Shown here: piece by piece, positions 22,711 through 38,400 of the stretch | Layout of the letters: each line of letters opens with the position of its first letter | Numbering within the stretch: position 1 is the first letter of the stretch | NCBI RefSeq assembly: GCF_038025025.1 | Contig: NW_027117343.1 | Location: 1,860,001-1,924,000, forward strand | Length of the DNA: 64,000 nucleotides | Source of the DNA: Phyllosticta citribraziliensis | Lineage: Eukaryota | Reading direction: 5' to 3' | Made by a program: the position numbers and the translations under genes | Notes under the pieces: generated by a model | Database searches by the model: none | What the model was told of the DNA's origin: nothing | The model's input: the letters and a program-made list of their open reading frames with translations, nothing else

Positions 22711-25560
22711 CTTCTTAATAAAGTCTTTAGCTTTATTCTCTTAGATATACTACTTTACCTTACTAGCTATTACCTTAGATATATATAATAGCTATCTATA
22801 CCTAATACTATTAGGGTTACTACTTAGTTTAATCTTAAAGTCTAGGCTAGGGTAAGAGGATAGTAGCTTATTAGAGGCCTCTTTAGAAAATACCTTAAGT
22901 AAGTTATAATATTCTTTTAGTACCTTAGTCTTTAGGTCTATAGCCTCCTTAGAGTACTTATCTTATTAAAGATTAAGGTCCTTCTAGCTAATATAGTTTA
23001 TACCTTATACCTAATTAATAGCTTTAGGGTAGTTAGTATTAATAAGGTAGTAGACTATTATCTTAGATCCTTTATCTTTATCTATAAGTATAAATATAGT
23101 ACTATAGACCTTTAGGCTATACTTCTTAACTATCCTCTTATATATAGTCTATAAGATAGGGGTAATATCTTTAGTACTATCCTACTTTATCTATATCTTA
23201 TATAGGGATAGTAATAGAGCCTTATATTAGATTATTACTATAATTAATTCTTTACTATAAGTGCGCCTAGTATTAGTTTCTATTAGGGGAATTTTACCTT
23301 TATCTAGTTCTACTAGTAGAACTGGCTAACTTAGTAACTTACTCTCTAATTAGTCTAATTCTACTAGTAGAATTAGTTAGTAAGCCTCTCTATTATTTAA
23401 TTAGCTAGATTCTACTAGTAGAATCCTCTTTAGGATCTTAGGTATTATCTATAGCTTACTATCTTTATAGAGTAACCCTATATTTATATTTACTAGTTAT
23501 TAGATCTCTAAGGTGCCAGCTCCTATATTAATTATAAAGCTATACTACTTTTAGTACTCCTAGCTAATATATATATTATAATCCTTACTAAGTAGTATAA
23601 TTATAAATAATATAGAAAGGTTATAATATAGTCCTACCTTTAGGTAGAAGTTTAATTAGTATATAAGTTAGTAGTAGTCTTTTCTAGTAAAACCTATTAT
23701 AATATAAGGCTTTTCTAGAGGCTACTTATATACTCTATACTAATAGAGATAATTTACTAATAAAGTATTAATATATATATGCCCTCTATAACTAGTATCT
23801 ACTAGTACTTAAAGAGGGATAGCTCATCCTATAATATATATATAGATAATATAAGAGTAGGATAAAGAGAGTCTATTATTACTTAATCTATTCTTATCCT
23901 TATTTAAACTATTATCTTATATACCTTACTCTATAACTTTAAGTAAGGCTACTTATTTTCTAAGTTAGTATTAATAATATAGATAGACTAGACCTTATCC
24001 TTAATTTTATCTAGGTAGTTATAGGAGATATAGCCTAGCTTATTATAGTTATAGTACTTTACTATAGATATATTATATTTACTAGTAATATCCTTATCCT
24101 TATCTATATCCTTATTATCTATATAAGTAGTATTAGTACTAGTAGTACTACTACCCTAACTACTATAGAATCCTCTATATCTACTATATCTTCTATAAGA
24201 GGTATATCTACTAGTATATATATTATTATCTCTATCCTTATAGGTCTTAGTACTAAAGGTATAGTTATAGGTAGCCTAAGTATTAGTAGTCTCTATAAGG
24301 AATGAGACTATATTATTAAGAGAGTTATTATATTAAGTAAGTATAAGATAGTAGTTACTTTATAAGAGCTTAACTAATAGGCTTTCCTTTATAGTTCTAT
24401 TATCCTAGCTAGTAGCTATAATAAGAGACTAGAACTTAATAAGGAACTCCTTTAGTAGGGTAGTACCTTATATAAGAGTACTAAGCTTAGTAATAGTATT
24501 ACCCTACTTATTCTTAATACTATATATAGAATTAAGCTTATACTTTAGCTTAAAGGATAAGATAGTAATAATACTATCCTTTTAGTATCTAATAAAGGCT
24601 TTACCTACTTTAGTAGAGAGATAGAATAAGATATAGGCTATAACTTTAGTATTATTATCCTAAGTAAGTATATTAAGGTAAAGCTTAGTATTAAGTTTAT
24701 TATACTAGTCTTTATACTTCTCTAGGTTAGTATTAAATTTATTAGGGTTATAGACTTAAGGCTTAGGATAGGAGCTACTATTATTAGTAGAGTAGATAGT
24801 AGCCTTATTATAGAGGGTTTTAGTATTATCCTTACTTATAGCTAACTAGTTATAAAGGTTATTAATTATTATATATAGGTTATTAGGCTACTAAGCCTTA
24901 TACTTATTATACTTATTTTAAAGGGCTATTAGTTAGTTTTAGAGTATATTAACTTTAGTTTTATACTTATAGTAATACTTATCTTTATTATAGTAGTTAG
25001 TAATAAGCTAATTAAGGACTACCTAGTACTTATTATTCTAACTATTAGTAATTATTATATTCTTAATACCTCTAACTTTATTAATTATATCCTTTATTAA
25101 TTTAAGGTCCTCTATACTAATTATAACCTATTCCTTAGAAGCTATAATATTACTAGATATAGCTATCTATACTACTTATAGTACTATATCTTATTTTAGT
25201 AACCTATCTAGTTAGTATTATAGGGTAACTAGGTTTTATGTATTATATATATATATAGTAGTTTTAATCTAAACCTACCTAATAGAGTAAAAGAAGAGTT
25301 ATTAGCTTAAGTCTTTAGCTAGAATAGAAACCTAGGCTCTTACTTAAGGAGATAATAAAGTAACCTTATAATAATATTATAAAGTAGTAAATTAGTACTA
25401 GGTAAGGCAAGTTAATTAGCTAATAATTAATAATTATAAGGTAGAGTAGTAGGGAGGATATAGAGCTATAGCTAACTTAGCCTATAGCTTACTTAGGTAC
25501 TTATACTACTATATAACTAAGGTTTAGCTAACCCTATACCTTAGTATCTTTATAGACCTC
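22711..25560 (-). mobile_element. RIPed retrotransposon gag-like fragment (distinct family)
   Basis: De-RIPed minus-strand CYNCDKPGHISRDC zinc knuckle at ~24015-24056, preceded by an RG/G-rich linker. Boundaries are approximate. Confidence 0.55.
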
Positions 25561-25599
25561 GCGCCTACTCTCTACTACCTATCTACTCTATCTACATCG

Positions 25600-27348
25600 A
25601 TTTATCTTACTATATAGGTTTAAAGGAGTAGATCTATTATATTATAAAAGTCCTCTTTCTATTATTCTTAAGAAAGATCTATATCTAAGGCTAATTATAT
25701 AAAGTTAGATTAAAACTTTTAAAGGTCTATAGGGATATAGTATATAAGTAAGTATAACTACTTCTTTATATCCTTATACTTATATAGACTCTAGAGGAGG
25801 TTATCTAGGAATTTAAAGATATCCTTATCTAGAGTAACTTTATTAGCCTTTATATAAGAAGTAAGGAAAGGAGTTAAGTATTATAAGACTTCTCTACTAA
25901 TATAGGAGATAATATATCCTATAATATTCTATTTAGTCTCCTCTACTATACCTTTAGTAAAGTGGTTATAGTTTATTTAATTTTATTTTAAATAAGGAGG
26001 GTCTAGTATTTATATAAGGGGTCTTCTCTATTAGTAAGAAGAGGAGAATAAGGAACCTTCCTACTTCTATATTTCTTATCTAAGGAGGAAGTAGAGGTCT
26101 TAGTAGTAGTTTCCCTTATATAGATAGTAGGAGGTCTAAGAGTCTATTATACTCTACTAGTAGAAGGATCTTATAAGAGGGTAATAGGTCTTAGGCTCTA
26201 GCCTAATAAAGAGGGCCTAATATATTCTTCCTTTAAGACTTCTCTTAGGCTATTAGTATAGTTTAGGAGTATTTACTTAAGAGCCTAGTTCTATCTTTAT
26301 GCGTAATTTAATTACTACTATACTTAAGGCTTATTTAAGGATATAATCTTAGACTTAAATTAATTAATATCTAAATATGGCACCTTTATAAATACCTCTA
26401 TAACTAGAGCTTATATTATATAAGTTAGTCCTAGGTCTTAAGTATACTCCTTTATCTCTACTACTATAACTAAGTAGAAATTATAAAGGAGAATAGGAGG
26501 AGGTCCTCTTTTATTATTTTTTAATAGGGGTCTAGGGTTATATAAATCTTTAGTTCCTTTATATAAATCTTATTAGGTAGATTAACTAGTACTAATACCT
26601 TTAGTAGTACTAGATATATTAGCTTTATTCTTAGCTATACTATCTTTATAGTCTTCTACTTAGAATGTCCCTTAAGTAGGTTATAAATAGGATACCTCCT
26701 AAAAGTTTATATACTACTCTATAGCCTTAAATAAAGACTTCTATAGTTAATATATACTTAATACTCCTTAGTCCTTAGATAATACTAATATGCCTAATAA
26801 AGATAACTTAGATTTACTAGGGAAAAGTAATAAGTGGTCTTATATAAGACTATAGCTATATATAATATTACTTAGGTTAAATATTATAACACCTTTATAG
26901 GTAAAGAAGTAGGATAGAGCTAAAACTTAGAATAATCTTTTATATCTATTATAACTTATAGAGTTCTTATTATATAGGTAAGGGCTAAAGGTAAACTACT
27001 AGAGAATATATATATATCTTAATTAAATATAATAAGTTAAAAGAATAAAATATAAAAGATACTTACTACCTATCTATTTCCTAGCCTTCCCTTTATACTA
27101 TTCTACCTCTTATCCTTTATATAAGGGTCCTTAGTCATTATTAGGTGAGTTATAAAGGTAAGGTATTAATAGGCTATTATACTATATCTACCTAAGGCTA
27201 TAGTAGCTAGTAGTAGCCTAAGTTTTAGCCTAAGCTATAGCTAGCTACTACCTAAGGTGCAGCTAGTGCTTCCTATAACCGCGTGATATAGTATTTATTA
27301 GTACGGGCGTTTAGTACTTATATAGGCGTATATATGCCTATTATAATA
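25600..27348 (-). mobile_element. Inverted 5' fragment of Gypsy family C (LTR 26948-27348 plus leader and gag)
   Basis: Diverged reverse complement of ~32483-34245. Confidence 0.85.
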
Positions 27349-29472
27349 AGCTCCTTATTATAGATAGTATAGTTAAGCTTAGCTAGTACTATAGTCTTAG
27401 AGTAGTATATAATAGGGTAAAGCTATTACTTATTATTATACTAGGAGAGAAGGCTACTATTAGTCTAATTAGATAAGTCTATTTCTATAACTATCTTATA
27501 AGCTAGGTTAAAGTAGGTAAGGACTAGTACTATTATAAGAGTATACTTAAGACTATTAAATAACTATTATTTAGTATTAGTCTACTACTAATTAGTACCC
27601 TTATATATTAGCTATATTAATAGCCTAGTAGTCTTACTATAGTCCTTAATAAATTACTAGTAGAAATTAGTAGTGCTAAGAAAGGACTAGACCTATTTTA
27701 CTATTATAGGCTACTCCTAAGATATAATTATATTAATCTTAGAGGGGTCTATATAAATACTATTAGTAGAGATAATAATACCTAAAAACTAGGTTTCCTA
27801 GATATAGAACTTATACTTATTAATATTAACTTATAAACTATACTCCTATAGCTAAGTAAGGACCTCCCTAATATATTATTAGTAATCTATAAGTATTTAG
27901 CTATAAATAAGGATATTATTAAGATATATAGTAGTATACTTACTAAGATAGTAGAATAGGTACTTATTAATTAACTATTACTAGGTACTAGGGCTATTAG
28001 CTATACTAAAGGGTATAACTAAGTACTTATAGGTACTATAGTAGGTCTAGAATATAAGTAGGTCCTTAGTCTACTTATCTATAATATATATTTAGTAGAA
28101 AGCCTACTTAATATTAAGCTTAGTAATATACTTAGTACCTCTTATCTAGCTAATTATCTTATCTAGTAATAGGAGGGGATAGTAGTCCTTCTTAATAAGT
28201 TTATTAAGCTTATAATAATTAATATAGAAATAAATACTACTATTAGGCTTAGCTATAAGTAAAATAGGTAAGGCTATACCTACCTTACTAGGCTCTAATA
28301 TACTAAGATTAATACCCTCCTATATATATTACTTAATCTTAGCTAACTAGATATTATTAGTATACTAGAGTAGTATATAGCTAAGATCTTTAGGTTTAGT
28401 ACTATCTTTTAGTTCTATATAGAAGTTAGTCTATAGATAGGTATAAGGGAGTAGGTTAGTATTATAAAAAGTATCTAAGAGGTTATAATACTTATAGGGG
28501 ATAATTTAATAGAGGTAAGGTTTATTACTACTAGTATTAAAAGCCTATAAGATAGGCTCTAATAAGTAAAGTTTAGTATACTCTAAGTTATTAATAGGAG
28601 TAAAGGTATAGATAGAGTAGGCCTTAGTACTAAGCTATTATTAGAGTAGGACTATATTAAAAGCTATAATTAGTACTATATTAGCTAATAAGCTTATCTA
28701 GAAATAGCTCTATTTATTAAGCTAACTTATAGCCTCCCTAATAATAGAAATATCCTTAGTTACTTAGTAGTACTATTATAATTAAGAGAGCTCTCTTAGT
28801 AGGCCTACCTTATAATATATTAACTAGTATAGCTGGCTAACCTACTTAGTACTAACTTATATAGGTAAGATTAATAGTTTATTATAGAGAGGTTTACTAT
28901 AATATAAGATCTTAATAGGAGTTATAGTAGTAGGCTATAGTAGGAGTAAGGTAGTATTATTTATAGATAGTAATAATAGTAAGGTATAGTTATTAGATAA
29001 CTAGCTACTAGCCTAGGAGAGAGTTATAGTTATAGTTATAGGTATTATACTAGTAGTAGATATAGGTAGATAGACTATACTAGGCTATAATACTTAAGAT
29101 AATATTTAAATATATAGTAAGGATTTAATTAGCCTAGGGGCTATCTAAGGCTATACTAAAATATCCTAAGATTTAGCTAAAAAATTATCTTATAAATTAG
29201 TACTATACTAATATAAGCTATCTAACTTTACTCTACTAATCTTTAATAATATATATCCTAGATCTAGTATAAAACTAAACTGGCATATATACTCTAAGCT
29301 AATAAATAAATTATATAAAGGACTAATCTAGGTAATTATTATAGAAGCCTATAGATTAAAAAGTATAGAATCCTTCCTATATTCTAAGCTAAATAATAGC
29401 CTAGTAATAAGCTTATAGGTAAGATATTAGGTCTAGCTATATATATAGTTACTAATTATCTATAGCTTATAT
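27349..29472 (-). mobile_element. Inverted internal (protease-RT-RNase H) copy of Gypsy D, lacking the C insertion
   Basis: Near-identical reverse complement of 31294-32482 joined to 40734-41667; empty insertion site (single GTAAG) at ~28285. Confidence 0.9.
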
Positions 29473-32400
29473 TATTACGCGCCGCAGCGCGCGTAGCTTA
29501 TATTTTATAGTATCTAGTATTCGGCGTTTACTTCTTCTATATACGCTAGCCACTTCTAGTTAGCTTAAGAGTAGATAGTTATTCTATATAGGCTATATAA
29601 TAACTACTCTTACTCCTTACCTATTAATTATTAGTAGTCTATATTAATTCACTCTACTAGGTACTATAATACTATTAATAGGTCTCTTACTACTTATAAG
29701 AGGATAAGACTTATTATCTATCCCTTACTAATAAGTTTTCTTACTTTAATCATGCCCTATAAGGTGTTAGGTTAAAATACCATGGTTTTAGATATGCTAG
29801 AAGTACTAGGTATTATTATTTTTATAGTCTATAGCCTTACTAGAGGCGTATAAGTAAGATTCTAGACTAAGGTAGTCCTATTAATAATATAGACATGATG
29901 TCTTATTATATTACATAGTTAATAACCTATATAATAGCTAAGAGTAGCTAGTCTACTAATAGTATAGTACTATTAGCTACTTCTTAAACTATACTAATAG
30001 CTAGCTAGTAGTTAGCTACTACTAGCCTATTATCTAGCTAACCTATTACCCCTCTAGGTAATAATAATAATAAACTACCTATTATTATTATACTAATAAC
30101 TTAGTAGCTCTAGGAGTAGGTCCTAGGGCTTATATAGGTAATTTATAATAGGGGTAATATACTAGGCTAAGAGGTCTAATACTAATTTACTAATCCTAAG
30201 TACTAGTCTAGTAATAGTATACTAGATAACTACTATATATAGTATAGTAGTATTAAGGATAAGCTACTCTTTAATAGTAGCTAGTATCTAGATAACGCGG
30301 CTAAGGCTATATATATTTACTCTTACCTAGCTAGTAAGGCTACTTTAGCTACTATTATTAATAATAATAATAATAATAGTAAAGATGATACTAATAACCC
30401 TAAGGCTATCTAGACCTTATTAGATAGCTTATATAGTATTATAGACTAGTAAAGCTATGCTATTACTTAGCTAGCTACTATAGACTATATTACTAGTACT
30501 AGGGTGGCTTTTAAGATATTATTATATATATTCTATATATTAGCTTAACGTGCTAGCTAGGATAGCTATATAGCTAAGGATTAGCTAATCTATAAGCTAT
30601 ATAAGCTATTCTATAATATTACTATTACTAATATTATAAAGGGCTATGCTAAGCTATTATACATCTTAGGCTAGGCTACTAATATTAGCTAGGCTAAGCT
30701 AGTACTAACTCTATAGATAACTTACTACTATAAGGGTATACTCTATATACCTATACTAGCTAGGCCCTCTTATTAGGCTACTCCTACTACTAAAGGTGCT
30801 ACTAGTAGTATTAAATAGGAGTATACTACTATACTAGATAATTATAGCTATTAGTATTATAGTAGTCTAGGGTACTAGATTAAGGACTATCCCTATAGTA
30901 AGCCTATATATTATTAGCTAATTTATACCCGCGTAGCTACTAGTATAGAGGAGTTTACTAATAAGTTTATAGATATAGTTAAGGACCTAGGCATTATTAT
31001 TATTAGTAGAGGTAATATTATAGACTTAGATAAGATATTAGAAAATAAGTAGCCTCCTATAAAACTACTATAGGAGGTAATACCTATAAGATAGCTTTTA
31101 GTTATTTAATATAATTAGAGAATAGAGTTTCTAGTCCTTCTTACTACTCTTATACTATATATATCTATATATATCCTAATATACTACCTTAGCCTATCTA
31201 TATTCTTATTAACTCTAGCTATACTAGTAGCCTATATATAAGCTAGTCCCTTAAGTATAAACTTATTACTACTAGTACTTAGAAGTAATAGTTATATAAG
31301 CTATAGACTATTAGTAACTATATATATAGCTAGACCTAATATCTTACCTATAAGCTTATTACTAGGCTATTATTTAGCTTAGAATATAGGAAGGATTCTA
31401 TACTTTTTAATCTATAGGCTTCTATAATAATTACCTAGATTAGTCCTTTATATAATTTATTTATTAGCTTAGAGTATATATGCCAGTTTAGTTTTATACT
31501 AGATCTAGGATATATATTATTAAAGATTAGTAGAGTAAAGTTAGATAGCTTATATTAGTATAGTACTAATTTATAAGATAATTTTTTAGCTAAATCTTAG
31601 GATATTTTAGTATAGCCTTAAATAGCCCCTAGGCTAATTAAATCCTTACTATATACTTAAATATTATCTTAAGTATTATAGCCTAGTATAGTCTATCTAC
31701 CTATATCTACTACTAGTATAATACCTATAACTATAACTATAACTCTCTCCTAGGCTAGTAGCTAGTTATCTAATAACTATACCTTACTATTATTACTATC
31801 TATAAATAATACTACCTTACTCCTACTATAGCCTACTACTATAACTCCTATTAAGATCTTATATTATAGTAAACCTCTCTATAATAAACTATTAATCTTA
31901 CCTATATAAGTTAGTACTAAGTAGGTTAGCCAGCTATACTAGTTAATATATTATAAGGTAGGCCTACTAAGAGAGCTCTCTTAATTATAATAGTACTACT
32001 AAGTAACTAAGGATATTTCTATTATTAGGGAGGCTATAAGTTAGCTTAATAAATAGAGCTATTTTTAGATAAGCTTATTAGCTAATATAGTACTAATTAT
32101 AGCTTTTAATATAGTCCTACTCTAATAATAGCTTAGTACTAAGGCCTACTCTATCTATACCTTTACTCCTATTAATAACTTAGAGTATACTAAACTTTAC
32201 TTATTAGAGCCTATCTTATAGGCTTTTAATACTAGTAGTAATAAACCTTACCTCTATTAAATTATCCCCTATAAGTATTATAACCTCTTAGATACTTTTT
32301 ATAATACTAACCTACTCCCTTATACCTATCTATAGACTAACTTCTATATAGAACTAAAAGATAGTACTAAACCTAAAGATCTTAGCTATATACTACTCTA

Positions 32401-35400
32401 GTATACTAATAATATCTAGTTAGCTAAGATTAAGTAATATATATAGGAGGGTATTAATCTTAGTATATTAGAGCCTAGTAAGTATTATAATAGGCGTACA
32501 CGCGCCTACACAAGCACTAGGGCCAGCACGGATAAACCCAGCGTCGCGCAGTTATAAGAAGCATAAGCCTCACCTTAGGTAGCAGCCTGCTATAGCTCAG
32601 GCTAAAACCTACAGGCTAGTACCAGCCACTACAGCCTGGTACCAGCTACTATAGCCCTAGGTAGATACTATATAATAGCCCATTAACACCTTACCTTTAT
32701 AACTTACCTAATAATAACTAAGGACCCTTATATAAAGGATAAGAGGCAGAATAGTATAAAGGAAGGACTAGGAAATATATAGGTAGTAAGTATCTTTTAT
32801 ATTTCGTTCTTTTAACTTATTAGATTTAATTAAGATATATATATATTCTCTAGTAGTTTACCTTTAGCCCTTACCTACATAATAAGAAATCTATAAGTTA
32901 TAATAGATATAAAAGATTATTCTAAGTTTCAGCTCTATCCTACTTCTTTACCTATAAAGGTGTTATAATATTCGACCTAAGTAACATTATGCGCAGCTAT
33001 AGTCTTATATAAGACTGCTTATTACTTTTTCCTAGTAAACCTAAGTTGTCTTTATTAGGCGCATTAGTGTTATCTAAGGACTAAGGAGCATTAAGTATAT
33101 ATTAACTATAGAAGTCTTTAGTTAAGGCTATAGGGTAGTATATAAATATTTAGGAGGTATCCTATCTATAACCTACTTAAGGGACATTCTAAGTAGAAGA
33201 CTATAAAGACAGTATAGCTAAGAATAAAGCTAATATATCTAGTACTACTAAAGGTGTTAGTACTAGTTAATTAACTTAATAAGATTCATATAAAGGGACT
33301 AAAGATTCGCGTAACACTAGATACTTATTAAATAATAATAAGAGAGGACCTACCCCTATTCTCCTATATAATTTCTACTTAGTCCTAGCAGCAGAGGTAA
33401 AAGAATATACCTAAGACCTAGGGTCAACTTGCGCGGTTTAAGCTCTAGTTATAGAGGTATTTATAAAGGTACCGCGCTTAGATATTAATTAATTTAAATC
33501 TAAGATTATATCCTTAAACAAGTCTTAAGTGCAGTAGCAACTAAACTACGCGCGAAGGCAGAACTAGGCTCTTAAGTAAATACTCTTAAACTATACTAAT
33601 AGACTAAGGGAAGCCTTAAGGGAAGGATATATTAGGCCCTCTTTATTAGCTTAGTATCTAAGACCTATTACCCTCTCTTAAGATCCTTCTACTAGTAGAG
33701 TAATAAGGACTCTTAGACCTCCTCTAACCTATATAAGGGAAACTACTACTAAAACCTCTACTTTATCTTTAAGTAGTAAGAAATACTAAAGTAGTAAGGT
33801 TCCTAATCCTCCTCTTCTTACTAATAGAGAAGACCCCTTATATAAATACTAGACCCTCCTTATATAAAATAAAATTAAATAAAACTACAATCACTTTACT
33901 AAGGATATAGCAGAGGAGACTAAATAGAATATTATAGGTTATATTATTTCCTATATTAGTAGAGAAGTCTTATATTACCTAACTCCTTTCCTTACTTCTT
34001 ATATAAAGGCTAATAAAGTCACTCTAGATAAGGATATCTTTAAATTCCTAGATAACCTCCTCTAGAGTCTATATAAATATAAGGATATAAAGAAGTAGTT
34101 ATACTCTCTTATATACTATATTCCTATAGACCTTTAGAAGTTTTAATTAAACTTTATATAATTGGCCTTAGATACAGATCTTCCCTAAGAATAGTAGAAA
34201 GAGGACTTTTATAATATAATAGATCCTCTCCTTTAAACCTATATAGTTACTATAGAGCAAGATAGGGATATTAACTTTTATAAGTACCTCTAATAAGCCT
34301 ACCCTATTACTTAAAGTCTTAGTAACTACTATTCTAACTATAGAAAACTAACACTCACGTCGCGTAAGGAATAAGTAAAGAAGAGATAATAAGAATAAGT
34401 AAAGATAACTACCTTAGGTAGTATAAGTACTTTATCTTCTAGTCATGCCTAGGCGCGATCTATATCTAGGGCTCCCTTATATAATATAACCTATAAAGGC
34501 AAAGCAGAAGTCTATATAGAGATTAGACCGTATAATCACTATAGCTAGTTTAGCTATTTATAGAGATAATACCCACAACCTAAGATAAAGGCAATAGAGT
34601 TAGTTAAAGAAGAAAGTGCTAAAGATATCTATATAAATAAAGGAGATTAGTCTTTATTAGAAAATAATAAGACCTAGGTAAAGTCTCCTACTATAGGTCT
34701 AAACTTAGAGTAATACATATTAAGGGTTCTCACACAAATCTTAGTCACTTTATTAGAGGTATACCCTTTACCATACAAACCTCAATTATATCTAACAGCC
34801 GCACCTTAGAAATTCATACCCTAGCTAATACTAGTACTAGTAGTATAAGTTTTATTCACCCTAAGCTACTACTGACTCTCCAGTCTATAGGTACTATAAA
34901 AAAGAGAATAATAGGTAAAGGGCTTAATATTACTAGGTTTAACTAATATATAAATAAGAAAGTTAATTTTTACTTTCATCTTTAACTCTACTTCTAGGAT
35001 TAAATAGTTTCTACTTATACTTTTATTTATAATATTAGCCATAATGACATGATTCTTAGGTAACAGTTTTTTAACTAGTATAATATTCTTCTAGACTATA
35101 AATAATACAAACTAGTCTAGAAATAGCTACTAGTTAACTAATCCTTTTAGCATCTTTTATACCTACTAAAAATCTCTATATAAAGTAACAAACTACAGAA
35201 AGAACATCAAGTAGATATAGACTATAGAGATAAAAACTTTAATAAATACCTTCTTCCCTTAGTATAGGTTATTAAGGGAATTAAATTTTAAACTTAAGAT
35301 GCTTTTAAGCTTTCTATCTATAAAATACAAGTTATACTAATAGAGATCTATACTATTAACCTTATACAAGTTTAAGCGGCTCTTAAAGATAAGGAAACTA

Positions 35401-38400
35401 AGGAATTACTAGCTTCTAAGCTACTAGCTACTTATAAGGAATTTTAAGATATATTTTCTAAAATAGAGTCTAATAAGCTACCACCATATTATATAGGAGT
35501 TAATTATAAAATATCTCTTATATATAATAGTCTACTAGAGCTTCTACCTAGCCCTCTCTATAGAATATCTCTAGAATAGCTTAAGGCTGCAAAAGAGTAT
35601 ATTATTAAGAATATTTAGAAAGGCTTTATTACTAAAAGCTTTACCGCCTATACTTCTCCTATTCTGGTAGTAAAAAAGCCTAGTAGGGGATAGAGATTTT
35701 ATATAGACTACTAATAGCTTAATAAATAAACTACTAAGGATTTGCATCCCCTCCCTCTTATTATAGAGTTGCTTTAGCGCGTTAGAAAGGGCAAGATTTA
35801 TACTAAGCTTAATATTTAATAAGCTTTTTACTGCATCTATCTTACTAAGGATTCTAAAGACAAAACCACTTTCTATATAAGATATAGGTTATTTAAATAC
35901 TATATCTTACCTTTTAGATTAAGTAATAGACTAGTAGCCTTTTAACATTTTATTAACTAGGTTCTCTTTAAGTATTTAGACAATTTCATTATAGCTTTTA
36001 TAGATAATATACTTATTATCTCTAAAAACCCTGTAGAGTATGAGGAACAAGTAAAAAAAGTACTAGTAAGACTATAAAAGGTGGGACTATAGGTGGATTT
36101 AAAGAAGAGTAAGTTTTTAGTTATTTATATAAAGTTCCTTAGATATATCGTTTCTATAGAAGGCATTTAAATAGACCTAGATAAGGTGGAACCCGTATAT
36201 AACTAGCTAATACCTAAAACCCTTAAGGCTCTTTAATCCTTCCTAGGTTTCTATAATTTCTACTAATAATTTCTCCCTAACTATAGATGAATTAGCTGGC
36301 TATTAGAGAAACTATACTCTAAGGTAAAATAGTAATAACTAGGACCCCTAGAAGAAGAGGCAATTTAATAACTTAAGAAGCTAATATATAGTAATATACT
36401 CCTAGCTAATTATAACCCTACTCTTAATACTTATATAGAGACTAATACAAGTAATAGAGTTACTATAGGTATTTTAATATAGCTCTAATAACCTTTGCGC
36501 AATTAGAAACTAGTAGCCTTCTACTCTAAGGTAATGGCAGATGCAGAACTTTATTATAGAATTTTAGATAAAGAACTGCTAGCTATTAAGAATAGACTAG
36601 AAGAATAGAGACTAATACTTATTAGCCTTAAAAAACCTTTTCTCGCAATTATAGACTATTAGGTATTAGAGTACTACTCTACTAAATAACAACTTAATTA
36701 ATAATAAGCTAGATAGTCTAAGTTTTTTATAGAATTCTATATATAATTCTCCTATTAACTAGGAAAGGAAAATATCATTACTAATTACCTTACTTAAAAA
36801 TAAGAAGACCTAAAGACTTAAAAAGAAAAAGTAAGGGCTATATAAGAGATATACCTTATCCTACTAGAGACTATCATCCCTCTTTCTATTTTAGAATAAG
36901 AACTTCCTCCTCTAGTATTATTTTTAGACAAACTCCTCTGTATAAACTAGGAAGATTCTAAATTAGAACTCTAGAGATAGAAAGCCCTCTTAAAAGACCT
37001 TAAATAAAGAAATAGTTAGGAACTAAAAGATGGTCTTTTACTATAATATAGTACCCTCTTTATACTAGATTATAATAACCTCTACATGAGAATGCTTAAT
37101 ACTTTATATACTACCTATATAACTACCTATCCTAGTATTATAAAGATGCGAAAACTCCTTAAGTAATATTACTACTAGCTAGCTATAAATTGTATAATTA
37201 ATATTTATAGGTGAGGATGCTATATTTACTGCTAAATAAAAGAGTTTTATAATAAAGACCTAGGCCTTCTATAACCCCTAGAGATTCCTACTTAACCCTA
37301 GTAATACTTAGCTATAGATTTTAAAGAGATACCTAAAGACTAAAAGGGCTATAATATAATCCTAGTTATTATAGACTAGTTAAGTTGAAGAACCTTTAGT
37401 TTACCTTATATAAAAAAGATTAATACTAAAGGAGTCTCTAGGCTCTTTTATAAATATATCTACTATATTTATAGAAACCCTAAGTCTATCTTATCTAACT
37501 AAGGCCCTCAGTTCATCTTAGCATTTATAAATAAACTATATAAGCTGACTAGTATAGAGCAGTATTTTAACTTATCCTACTACTCTTAAACTAATAGTAT
37601 TATAGAGATTGTTAATTAGCATCTTATATAAAGATTAAGACCTTTTATTAATTACTTTTAGAATAATTAGTCTGATCTTCTACTATTAATAGACCTTATA
37701 TAAGTAATACTTCCCTATAAAGCTACTAGACTTTTACCCTTTAAGATTAAGTTAGGATATTCCCCTTAAATACACTATAACTAGTAATAACAAACCAAGA
37801 CCCCCTAGTAACTAGAAAAGATAGCTTATATAGTAGTATAAATGCTATAAAAAAGAAGATAAGAAGCTTTTAAATTTATAAAGAAACTTATTCTTAAATC
37901 CTAAGAGTATATACGCTAATAAGCTAATAAATACTATTATATACCAGACTTTATAGTTAGAGATTATATCTATATTAAGAAAATAGGATGGTCTACTAAT
38001 TAGCTAAACCTTAAATTAGACTTCCCTAATACTAGACCTTTTAAGATTATAAGAATAGAAGGATCCTCCTATATCCTTAATCTTCCCTTATATATAAAGA
38101 TAGTCAACCTTTTCCACGCTAATAGGCTATATAAGGCTGAACTAGAATAGCTTCCTAGTTAGGAATATACTAAACTAGAACCTAAGATTATTTAAGACAA
38201 GCCTAAGTAGGAAGTAGACTATATTTAAGCTAGTTAAGTCTTATATAGGAAGCTTTAATATTAAGTTAAATAGACTAGATATAACTAAGATAACTAGTAG
38301 TATAATATAAGTTCTTTTAGCAGCATACTATAGAAAATTAAAGAATTCTACTCATTATACCCTACTATAGCAGGACTACTAAAAAATCTAGAAAAATAGA